DNA of 64,000 bases, taken from a virus. Position numbers and translations under genes: made by a program. Under the pieces are notes generated by a model, which did not search any database, was not told where the DNA came from, and was given only the letters and a program-made list of their open reading frames with translations. The stretch is from IMG/VR virus record IMGVR_UViG_3300029288_006769, positions 58,367 to 122,366 of that record; one strand, given 5' to 3'. This document shows positions 1 to 8,205 of the stretch, piece by piece; positions within the stretch are counted from its first letter, which is position 1; each line of letters opens with the position of its first letter.

Positions 1-193
1 ATACGGTTATGCTCTTCCGATTTCACTAAAGTACTATGGTACATAGTATTCTCCTTTTTAGATAATATCGAATGATATCTACAACATCTGCCAATAACAT
101 TGAAATAGCTAATAAGTCATAATAAGTGATTTTTTATTTTATTATATTAGAAAAGTATAAAAATTCATTTTCAACATTTTAGAAAGGCTGTTT

Positions 194-754
194 ATGCTTA
201 AACGTTTTTTGCTTTTGCTCTTTGTTTTTTCGTTTTCTAGTTCTAGCACTCCGTTATTGTACACATTTGAAGGGAACTTATTAGGTTCTTCAGTGATATA
301 CAATATCGCTATGGATTTCGAAGCAAATGGAATTGAAAATGGTTCAATATTGTATGACTATGTAGACCCTTTTGTTTTAGATGATTATGGTAGCGCTCAA
401 CTACAAATGACAAGTAAGACTTACTATGACAATCTCATAGTATTTACAACAGCATATTGCAATCATTATGAAGGCTGGTTTTACAGTGAAACACTTTTCG
501 ATAATTACATTTCGTTTTCAGGTTCTATTGCAGAAATTTCGAGAACCTTAGAATTCAAAAACTACCAACCTGCTTTTAAAATAGGCGACATTTTCAAGAT
601 AAATGAAAGTTACAATTCTGCATCAATAAATGGAAATGTTACACTGGCATCTATAAAATCTTTTAATGAGCCTCCTGCATCAGTTCCTGAACCAACAATG
701 CTTTCTCTTTTGAGTGTTGGCTTGCTTGGGATCGGACTAAGTCGCAAAAAATGA
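194..754 (+). CDS. Secreted protein with PEP-CTERM sorting signal
   Basis: N-terminal hydrophobic signal peptide (MLKRFLLLLFVFSFSSSS). C-terminus VPEP + hydrophobic stretch (TMLSLLSVGLLGIGL) + basic SRKK matches the PEP-CTERM/exosortase architecture. Confidence 0.6.
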   Translation: MLKRFLLLLFVFSFSSSSTPLLYTFEGNLLGSSVIYNIAMDFEANGIENGSILYDYVDPFVLDDYGSAQLQMTSKTYYDNLIVFTTAYCNHYEGWFYSETLFDNYISFSGSIAEISRTLEFKNYQPAFKIGDIFKINESYNSASINGNVTLASIKSFNEPPASVPEPTMLSLLSVGLLGIGLSRKK

Positions 755-1779
755 GGTTTTTTTCGCTACTTTTTTTACTTGCCACACTTGCTTACCCGAA
801 TTTAAACCAAGGGAGTGCTTTCAAAGCATTCTTCTGGTTTTCCTATGCAAATGATAGCGTAAAAAATGGTTGTTATGGTTATGTTCAAGTCGATTCGGTA
901 AAAGACACAGAAACCGAAGAACAATGTTATGCTACTTTCTGGTTGACATACAACTGGTTTTTCTTAAAATTTAATGGTGCTTATATGCCTGTAAAAATGA
1001 CATTCAATAAGACAAGACCCAAAAAAATAACAAGGAGCCCAAATCATTTTATCAATATCCAATGGTTCTCACGTTTTGAAACGAATGACACAATAAACCA
1101 TTCTGCTATAAATTTTTCATTCCCTATTTTATCTAGACCCTCTCAGTATGGTAGATATGACTATTTTACTGTTGATGTAGATTCTCTTTTGGATTTAGAA
1201 TTTTATGGTGCAGGCGACAGTATCATGGTTGGTACCTTTGTACATAAAAAACCCAGTGGTTCTGGTATCACAAATATTTTAGGAAGAAATACATTTGTTG
1301 TTGAGTTGACAGATTCAAATCCTTTGAGAATAAAAAGCGTCAGATGCCAAAGCGCTCATGACTCACTTCTGGATCTTTATCTTAAATTTCCATTGGATTC
1401 ATTGAAGAAAAATGTTGAATGGTATGGTGTAGATATTCTAGATACTATATCAAAAATCCCAAGAATTAAAATTTATGCTCTCAATTTAAGCGGTAAAGAG
1501 CCACATATAGTCGGAACACAATCTGATATTACTTGGAAGTTAGATAATAAGCCAGGTATTGATAGTTGTCTTGTTACTGTTTCTTTTGATAGATTGACTT
1601 GGGAATCTATTGGAAAAACTCTAGTTGATACACTTATTCCATGGAATATAAATTACAGATCTACTCCTGCAACAATTTTGCAAGTTGTTGCATGTGGAAA
1701 AAATGGAGAGAGAATCTCGACTACAAGAACTGATATGAATTTTTCAAAAGCAGTTCTCCGTTCATTGCAACTTCGTTAA
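751..1779 (+). CDS. Secreted hypothetical protein
   Basis: 342-aa ORF whose ATG overlaps the upstream stop (ATGA), with an N-terminal signal-peptide-like segment. No recognisable catalytic motif. Confidence 0.45.
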   Translation: MRFFSLLFLLATLAYPNLNQGSAFKAFFWFSYANDSVKNGCYGYVQVDSVKDTETEEQCYATFWLTYNWFFLKFNGAYMPVKMTFNKTRPKKITRSPNHFINIQWFSRFETNDTINHSAINFSFPILSRPSQYGRYDYFTVDVDSLLDLEFYGAGDSIMVGTFVHKKPSGSGITNILGRNTFVVELTDSNPLRIKSVRCQSAHDSLLDLYLKFPLDSLKKNVEWYGVDILDTISKIPRIKIYALNLSGKEPHIVGTQSDITWKLDNKPGIDSCLVTVSFDRLTWESIGKTLVDTLIPWNINYRSTPATILQVVACGKNGERISTTRTDMNFSKAVLRSLQLR

Positions 1780-1856
1780 AATTCCTGTAAAACATTCTCA
1801 TGTTAATGTATATTTCTATTATGTTCTTGTTTTGTCTACTCACAAAGGAGGGCACG

Positions 1857-2260
1857 TGAAATATGTTGTTCTAGTTGTTTGCTTGCTCGCTTTAAGTTTT
1901 CCTGCTTATTCACAGGTTAAAAAGAATGAAGAAAGACAGACTATAACTCTTTGCTGGTATTCTCCATTTGATACAGCAGCATCATATCTAATTTATTACA
2001 ACAGGTATAATGTTGACACAGCTTGGAAATACATTGGTACTACCAAAGAAAAAACTTTTGACGTCGCAAAACAAGGTTTTAAAGGCGATATTGCTTTTGG
2101 TGTAAGGGTAATTTATTACAATGATACTTCAGCAATACACACTTCATTAGATCCAACAGCATGTTCGACGGTAAATGCTACATGTGATACAAACTGTACT
2201 TCAGGTGCCTGGTATGTTTCCTGGCATGTTGCAAAGCTTAAAAAACTTGCTGTTAAATAA
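1857..2260 (+). CDS. Secreted hypothetical protein (probable GTG start)
   Basis: The ORF track starts at a TTG (1832). A GTG at 1857 sits 6 nt after the RBS aaaggaggg and is followed by signal peptide KYVVLVVCLLALSFPAYSQ. Confidence 0.4.
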
Positions 2261-2261
2261 A

Positions 2262-2284
2262 AAAGGGGAGCAAGTCTCCCCTAC
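2262..2284 (-). terminator. Rho-independent terminator hairpin between convergent genes
   Basis: aggggag-caagt-ctcccct perfect 7-bp stem. On the minus strand it is followed by a T-run (ttttttattt). It overlaps the stop of the SNase-like gene. Confidence 0.5.
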
Positions 2285-2697
2285 CATTCTTCTTTAGTCC
2301 CGCCAAAGTAAGGTTTTGCAAGTCCCTTTTCAATAAGCATGGGCCCGAGTTCTTTTCCGTCGACAAATACTTTCGCTACAATTCTAAAGTACTTGTCTCT
2401 CAGCATATCTCTCAATTCTATTACTTTTGCTTCACGTAATTTAGCAACGGTGAACTGCTTTGCTTCCAATGCCTTTGCTTTAACAGCGCTATCCTTGTCT
2501 TTCAATTCAGGGCAATCAATACCATAGATCCTTATACCTATTCTTTCGCCTATGATCTTCGGGTAATCTGTTATGGTTCCTCTAAATGTATCACCATCAT
2601 AAATGCTCGTCACCGTTATTTTTGCATTACCATAAGTCTTTGGACCTTCAGCAAAGACATAAAATGACAGGACAAAAATTAACAAGATTTTTCTCAT
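2281..2697 (-). CDS. Secreted staphylococcal-nuclease-like (SNase/thermonuclease) nuclease
   Basis: Motifs YDGDTFRG and RIYGIDCPE match the SNase fold. Signal peptide MRKILLIFVLSFYVFA begins at the second Met; the track start at 2757 is probably too far upstream. Confidence 0.7.
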   Translation of the reverse strand: MRKILLIFVLSFYVFAEGPKTYGNAKITVTSIYDGDTFRGTITDYPKIIGERIGIRIYGIDCPELKDKDSAVKAKALEAKQFTVAKLREAKVIELRDMLRDKYFRIVAKVFVDGKELGPMLIEKGLAKPYFGGTKEEW

Positions 2698-2724
2698 AGT
2701 GTCCCCTTTATTATAAATAAAGAT

Positions 2725-3075
2725 ATGAACAACAAGTTTGAATTCGTTATCAATCAAAAAATAATTAAGACTGAAGATATAAAAAATGATTTTTTCAAAA
2801 TCGAGACTGAAGACTTAAATTCTTTTTCCATGGATAGAGACATTCAAACTGTTAGATCAGTAAGTGGTCTTGCAATCGATATGCTTCCAGGGCCTCTAAC
2901 CTATACATTTACTTTAATACTTTCTCCCAAAAAATTCCCAAATCTTTTAGAACGACTCACAAAGAATCAAGGTGTTCTATATCAAGACAAATTATTTTGG
3001 GTCACTCAATGGAATTACGAGCACAACACAAACGATCTAGAGTACAAAATAGTGTTAGAATGTATCGCCAGATGA
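2725..3075 (+). CDS. Hypothetical protein
   Basis: 116-aa ORF filling an otherwise noncoding 300-bp gap. No motifs. Confidence 0.3.
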   Translation: MNNKFEFVINQKIIKTEDIKNDFFKIETEDLNSFSMDRDIQTVRSVSGLAIDMLPGPLTYTFTLILSPKKFPNLLERLTKNQGVLYQDKLFWVTQWNYEHNTNDLEYKIVLECIAR

Positions 3076-3393
3076 ATCTTCTTGTGTTTTCATCTTCATG
3101 ATACCAATTTGCGCTATTAAGAACAATATACATTCTTCGAGAACAACTTCACTGTCTCTCTGCGTATCCAAAGGAATTGTAGCTGTTATAGGTACTTCAT
3201 TGGAAGTAATAAACACACTTATCTCAAAAGCAGGTTCAGATAGCAAGCCTAATGAATCCGAAGTGCAGTCTTTATGATATTCAAGCATATTAAGAGATAC
3301 CGAAGCATGCTCTCCCGTCTGCTCTAAAATAGTATCCTGTATTTCATGCATTGTATCGAAAACTGTAGACAGAAAATTGCTCGAAACGTTCAT
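3055..3393 (-). CDS. Hypothetical acidic protein
   Basis: 112-aa ORF with RBS aagaggagg 4 nt upstream of the ATG at 3393. Confidence 0.4.
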   Translation of the reverse strand: MNVSSNFLSTVFDTMHEIQDTILEQTGEHASVSLNMLEYHKDCTSDSLGLLSEPAFEISVFITSNEVPITATIPLDTQRDSEVVLEECILFLIAQIGIMKMKTQEDSSGDTF

Positions 3394-3474
3394 ATTTCCT
3401 CCTCTTTTGTTTTATATATCGCTCAAATGCGAATAGGGAGCCAAAAGACTCCCTAAATAATTACAAAAAACGAA

Positions 3475-4422
3475 TCACCAAGAAGTAATGGAACTTGTTT
3501 GAGCGCCTGTAGAGAAATCGAGAGAAACCTTTGCATGGTCTCCAAAACGAACTAAAATATCAGTATCAGCTAGATTTTGTACAACAGTAATTGATGTTGT
3601 TCTGCCAATATGTTTAGTTCCAGGTTTATTCCAGAATTTTACAGCAGCTGAACTTGCACCATAATTAGTATCTGATGTTCCTTCAAAATCAACGCCAAAA
3701 GTTACAGCTGAATGATACGCAAAGTTACTAAGTGTTTGTCCTGACGCATTGCCATTATCAATTACACCAACAGTAGCTAATTTGATTCCATACGTAATGT
3801 TGTGTGATACTGCTTTATTTCCTCTAGCAAGTACATCAGCCTGTGTTGCATATCCGTTGTTCTCAGAATAAGCACCAGTATTTACTGCAAAACTTTCAAG
3901 TAAATAAATATCACGTGAGTCAAGTAGAGCTACATGTAGATCAGGATTGAATATAGAATTCGGGTATGAAGCATCATTAGTTGTTCCGATAATATGATCC
4001 ATGTTCCATGCATTTACAAAACATTTTTTTGCATAAGTTTTTGAACGAACATGTTGAACACAGGCGTTTTGTTCGTCTCTTGTAGTACCGTAATCGTAAC
4101 CTGCTTCATCAATAAAGATACCATTGACTTGTAATGTATCCCATTGATTGACTTTCGTTTGAAAATCAGCAATGTCTTGATTAGCTGATACATACCCATA
4201 GATTTCCATGTCAGGCTTGATTGCTTTTAGCCTTGCAATAATTATTTGAGTATTGGCATAATCGGGATGTGATGAATCCTGAATGCCGTCACCAAAGACG
4301 CAAATGTCATATTTTGCCATGTCCATGGCAACATTTTCATTGTTCCAGCCGTTTGTAGCACTGTTGAATGAATTTAGATAGCCGTAATAGAACAATACGT
4401 TTTGAGGACGTGCACTAGCCAT
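3475..4422 (-). CDS. Putative TIM-barrel glycoside-hydrolase-like protein
   Basis: 315-aa ORF with alternating beta/alpha-like pattern and acidic motifs (GIFIDEAGYDYG, YLLESFAV), suggesting a GH114/GHL-type fold. The family assignment is tentative. Confidence 0.3.
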   Translation of the reverse strand: MASARPQNVLFYYGYLNSFNSATNGWNNENVAMDMAKYDICVFGDGIQDSSHPDYANTQIIIARLKAIKPDMEIYGYVSANQDIADFQTKVNQWDTLQVNGIFIDEAGYDYGTTRDEQNACVQHVRSKTYAKKCFVNAWNMDHIIGTTNDASYPNSIFNPDLHVALLDSRDIYLLESFAVNTGAYSENNGYATQADVLARGNKAVSHNITYGIKLATVGVIDNGNASGQTLSNFAYHSAVTFGVDFEGTSDTNYGASSAAVKFWNKPGTKHIGRTTSITVVQNLADTDILVRFGDHAKVSLDFSTGAQTSSITSW

Positions 4423-4468
4423 AGTAACCCCCTTTTATAACTAGTGTTTATAATAACAAGTCAAAAAA

Positions 4469-4834
4469 TCAGACGTGTTCGAGAACGCCTTCAACTACTT
4501 GAACAAAACCTTCATAGGTAAAGGGTTTGTTCAAGATAGGAATGTCGGGATACAGTTCCGATAAGGGTTCTTCGCAATATGCAGTCACGAACACCGCTTT
4601 GATATTGGGATGGATAGCACGAATTTTTTCATATACATCAGAACCCGACATATGAGACTGCAAGTTCATGTCTGTTATCAGTATGTCGATATTGTTGGTT
4701 TTTGCAAGTTCGATTGCGTCATCAGGTGTGCTTGCACATAGCACATTCAACCCGCCATTGTAGTCTGAAAGAAAATCGACCATCAGGTCTTTGACCTCAT
4801 CTTGGTCGTCGACAACAAGAATTGTAAATGGCAT
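4469..4834 (-). CDS. Single-domain response regulator (CheY-like receiver)
   Basis: Canonical receiver motifs: VVDDQ acidic pair, phospho-acceptor Asp in IDILITDMNL, T in VFVTAY, conserved K in NKPF. Confidence 0.7.
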   Translation of the reverse strand: MPFTILVVDDQDEVKDLMVDFLSDYNGGLNVLCASTPDDAIELAKTNNIDILITDMNLQSHMSGSDVYEKIRAIHPNIKAVFVTAYCEEPLSELYPDIPILNKPFTYEGFVQVVEGVLEHV

Positions 4835-4857
4835 ATTTGCCTCCCATCAAAATGAGT

Positions 4858-5193
4858 TTAAAAAACTTTAGCAATTTCGTCGATAATTTTGAGCGAAGAG
4901 AAAACTTTAGCTCCGCTTAATTCAAGAAATTTGATCTCTACATCATCAGTAGACAATGTCCATATAAGAACATATAGAGTAGGTGCTATGATTCGGGCGC
5001 TGACACAGAAATTTAGTATAAGCGTATATTTCGATGGGTCAGCATTTACCAGAACACAGTTGATTTCATTTTTTAAAAAACATTCCATTGCATGTTCGAA
5101 ATCAGCAACGACAACCGAGTGTCCTTTTGCTTCCAAAAGGTTTGTTGTGATCTCGATAACTTCTTTACAGTCATCGACAACAAGAATGTTCAT
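4858..5193 (-). CDS. Receiver-like (possibly degenerate) response regulator domain protein
   Basis: MNILVVDDCKEV receiver-like N-terminus. The phospho-acceptor region reads VLVNADP, so the Asp may be shifted or replaced. Confidence 0.5.
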   Translation of the reverse strand: MNILVVDDCKEVIEITTNLLEAKGHSVVVADFEHAMECFLKNEINCVLVNADPSKYTLILNFCVSARIIAPTLYVLIWTLSTDDVEIKFLELSGAKVFSSLKIIDEIAKVF

Positions 5194-5406
5194 AGAATCT
5201 CCTGGTTGAACACAACATGTTCGGTGTTAAACTTTCGAAATTACATTAAATTTTAGTGAAGCAAAAATCTTGACAATAGCAACTCCTTGTAGGTGTTGTT
5301 AGATATATCGCACCCTATTTTGTAACTACCAATTTGTTTGAATCAGACGAGATAGGCTAGAACCTTATGAAAGTCCTAGCCTATATAGTTTTATGTTGGA
5401 AAACGT

Positions 5407-5622
5407 CTAGTATCTTCGTCTTCTAGGCTCGCGTTGCTCACGTTCTTCACGCAATTTGCGCCGTTTCGCAATATTCATTTTTCTTTTACGAGTTTCGCTT
5501 GGTTTCTCGTAATGTCTGTATGATTTCAGTTCTGATAGAACACCTGCACGTTCACATGTTTTTATAAATCTCCGTAATGCTTTTTCAAAAATTTCTGTTT
5601 CACGTATGTAGATTCCATTCAT
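5407..5622 (-). CDS. rpsU: Ribosomal protein bS21
   Basis: 71 aa. IRETEIFEKALRRFIKTCERAGVLSELKSYRHYEKPSETRKRK aligns with bacterial S21 (E. coli [42 protein letters not shown]). Basic C-tail. Confidence 0.8.
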   Translation of the reverse strand: MNGIYIRETEIFEKALRRFIKTCERAGVLSELKSYRHYEKPSETRKRKMNIAKRRKLREEREQREPRRRRY

Positions 5623-5641
5623 GTATCTGTTCCTAAACTTT

Positions 5642-7003
5642 CTATTGTTTAAGTGAAAATTTTATTTCAACACGCATCTTCTTTGTCTGTTCAAATCTTA
5701 CAATATTTTCTTTTATAACATACTTCAAATCAGTTTTAATTTCGTATTTGTATTTTGCTGGTACAAAAATTTCTGTTGTGCCCGAAACAGTAGCATCATA
5801 ATCGCATTCAAAACAAAAAGTGTTATTCTTAATATACCATTTAGGATTAGAACCTGCAATTCTTTGTGGGTATATTCTTACAAGCTCTTCAAGATATTCT
5901 CTTTCATTACCATTATTATCGATCAAACCTTGCCCGCTATAAACCTCTTTATCATAACAATACCATAACCAGTTGATTTTATGTTTGTCTGCTGCTTCAA
6001 CCATATCTCTTACAAATGACATATAGTCTTTAACTGTAGTAGAAATTCCTATTTCTCCAATCAATGCTGGGCTGTTCAGTTTTCTTGCTTCTACAGTTTT
6101 AGATCTGAATGCTGTTTTTGCAAGTAATCTGTTGAACCAGTTATAATTACCTTTATTGTGACAGAAAGGAGGATAATAATGTGGCATGTGAACATTTCTG
6201 GTTCCAAACAATTTCGAATCTAAATTTGTAGGAGTACCTGTGCTTGTTAATATCCAAGATTCAAAAAACAATGTTTTAGAGAAATCTTTAACAGAAGACG
6301 TAATTTTCATTTTTGAATACAAGTCGTTCAAATACTTTTTTTCAAATCTCCAAATGAACGGGAAATTCGGGAAAGGTTCGTTTAGAACGTCAATTCCTAT
6401 CACATTCTTACAGTCTTTTAAAGAATATTGTACGAAATTTACAAGTTCAACATATTTGTTTTTCAGTTCATCATTTTTCCAGAAATATTTATAACAGTCC
6501 ATGACTGCAGGAGTAAAGTAATTTTTCCACCATGGGGTTGCTGGTTTGAATGGATGTTTTTCTGGAGGTAGAGCCCATTCAGGAAAACCATTCCCAGTGA
6601 ATTTTCTGCTATAAAGATCTTGATGCAGATCGACAATTACATCGATTCCAAGTTTTTCAAGGATTGAAATATGTTCTTTGACTTTATTAAGGTATTCTGT
6701 ATTGTATTTGTTTTTTTCAGGTTCAATAGCTTCCCAGAAAACAAGAAAACGAACAAGATTAAATCCCCAATTTTTGAGCCGAGCATAATCTTGTTCCGTA
6801 TGCCATGGTAGAAAGTCTGGTAAAGCTGTTTTTGCATAGTTGCAAATATTGACACCCCTATAAATTTTTATCCTATTATAAGAGTCTCTAAAATATGTTT
6901 CTTTTTTGAAATTGGGTAGACCTAAAAAACGCCAGACATAAAGTAGCAATTGAAAAAGGATAGGAGCAGCTAGTACAGCAACAACTAAAAAAACATAGTT
7001 CAT
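5642..7003 (-). CDS. Glycoside hydrolase family 5 (cellulase-like), membrane-anchored
   Basis: N-terminal TM segment. GH5 motifs: NLVRF..FWEAIEP, catalytic acid in VLNEPF, nucleophile in LIGEIGIS. Confidence 0.7.
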   Translation of the reverse strand: MNYVFLVVAVLAAPILFQLLLYVWRFLGLPNFKKETYFRDSYNRIKIYRGVNICNYAKTALPDFLPWHTEQDYARLKNWGFNLVRFLVFWEAIEPEKNKYNTEYLNKVKEHISILEKLGIDVIVDLHQDLYSRKFTGNGFPEWALPPEKHPFKPATPWWKNYFTPAVMDCYKYFWKNDELKNKYVELVNFVQYSLKDCKNVIGIDVLNEPFPNFPFIWRFEKKYLNDLYSKMKITSSVKDFSKTLFFESWILTSTGTPTNLDSKLFGTRNVHMPHYYPPFCHNKGNYNWFNRLLAKTAFRSKTVEARKLNSPALIGEIGISTTVKDYMSFVRDMVEAADKHKINWLWYCYDKEVYSGQGLIDNNGNEREYLEELVRIYPQRIAGSNPKWYIKNNTFCFECDYDATVSGTTEIFVPAKYKYEIKTDLKYVIKENIVRFEQTKKMRVEIKFSLKQ

Positions 7004-7057
7004 AGAAACATCCTTTTCTGAGGTTCTATGAACTAATTTTATAATAAGATTAGAAAA

Positions 7058-7414
7058 TCAGGTTTTTCGAGTTTCCAATTTTGAATTTTTCATTCTTGTA
7101 AAGGGCAGGTATATAAAACGACAAAAAAGAATAGGCAGAATCCAGACTAATAAGAGTGTAGGTATAAAATTCATCATAGCGACACGAGCTGCAAGTAAGA
7201 AAAATGATGACATGGTAACACAAAACATATAGTCACCTATTGAAAAATCAAGCTTATTTCTTGTAGTAAACCCTAAAAACATATAGACTGCAAAGAAACC
7301 TGTGAAATAGACAAAAAACTCTAATAACATCATACTACACATCCTTGTCAAACATTTGAAGAGTTGTTGTGTCCGCATTCCATCCAGATCTAACAAATTT
7401 GCAAATATCTTCAA
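7058..7414 (-). CDS. Small multi-pass membrane protein
   Basis: Several hydrophobic helices. The true start is probably an internal Met, because the ORF overlaps the upstream gene by 80 nt. Confidence 0.35.
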   Translation of the reverse strand: MKIFANLLDLDGMRTQQLFKCLTRMCSMMLLEFFVYFTGFFAVYMFLGFTTRNKLDFSIGDYMFCVTMSSFFLLAARVAMMNFIPTLLLVWILPILFCRFIYLPFTRMKNSKLETRKT

Positions 7415-7766
7415 CCATCTTAGGATCGACAGGATAAAGTTCTGTTGCGAATTCGAATGTTTTATCTTTAGCAGAAAATGGTAAAAGTTTCACTTCACAA
7501 TTTTGTTGATCGATTGTAATGAAAAAAATTCCTGTCTTCTCATTTATAGCTGAAACTTGTATAATCAAAATTGTTTCTGAATTTGTAAGTTTTGCTCGGA
7601 CACCTGATTTAAACCAAGAAAAAGTTGATAAAAAAGGAGTGTCATATTGTAACATAAGAGGATCTAGAGCGACATCTTTCAAAAAGAAATTTGCAACAGG
7701 GCACAAATAATTATACTGGGTTAGCATGAACTTTGCACCACGTATGTATAATTCCATATCAATCAT
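7335..7766 (-). CDS. Hypothetical protein
   Basis: 143-aa ORF in the minus-strand operon. No motifs. Confidence 0.35.
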   Translation of the reverse strand: MIDMELYIRGAKFMLTQYNYLCPVANFFLKDVALDPLMLQYDTPFLSTFSWFKSGVRAKLTNSETILIIQVSAINEKTGIFFITIDQQNCEVKLLPFSAKDKTFEFATELYPVDPKMVEDICKFVRSGWNADTTTLQMFDKDV

Positions 7767-8032
7767 TGATAGACTCTCGATCTCCCTTTAGGTACTGGTG
7801 TGCCTTGTTCATCAAGATCGTCTTTTTCGATCAGTTTCCCGCAAATCTGACAAGCACCACGAACATAAGCACATTTCGGACATGGAACAGCTAGATTTTT
7901 ATGATACAAAACATGTCGTCCATGTTTGTCGCATATACCTTGAGCAAGGAAATCAGATTTTTTCTTGATCTGAGTTCTATGCTCTTTGCATACAATTAAA
8001 GTCGTTATGACATTGTATTTTATCATTGGCAA
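7763..8032 (-). CDS. Small zinc-ribbon protein
   Basis: Cys pairs CPKCAY...CQICGK. Confidence 0.35.
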   Translation of the reverse strand: MPMIKYNVITTLIVCKEHRTQIKKKSDFLAQGICDKHGRHVLYHKNLAVPCPKCAYVRGACQICGKLIEKDDLDEQGTPVPKGRSRVYQ

Positions 8033-8205
8033 CGTTTTTCTAAAGCTTCTTTGAAAGTTTGGGTCATTTCTTCTATTGTAATTTCACCAGATTTTACTGC
8101 TTGTTCTATTACTCCCAACTCCAGACCTTCATCGTCTTTCCTGTCATAATATAAAAAATCAGCAACCAAGTCGCCAATTACACCAAGAATATGTTGTTTC
8201 AACAT
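8023..8205 (-). CDS. Hypothetical small protein
   Basis: 60-aa ORF overlapping its neighbours in operon fashion. Confidence 0.25.
   Translation of the reverse strand: MLKQHILGVIGDLVADFLYYDRKDDEGLELGVIEQAVKSGEITIEEMTQTFKEALEKRCQ

Noticed and set aside
2339-2527. 62-aa plus ORF inside the SNase-like gene
   Set aside because: Antisense to a motif-supported gene.
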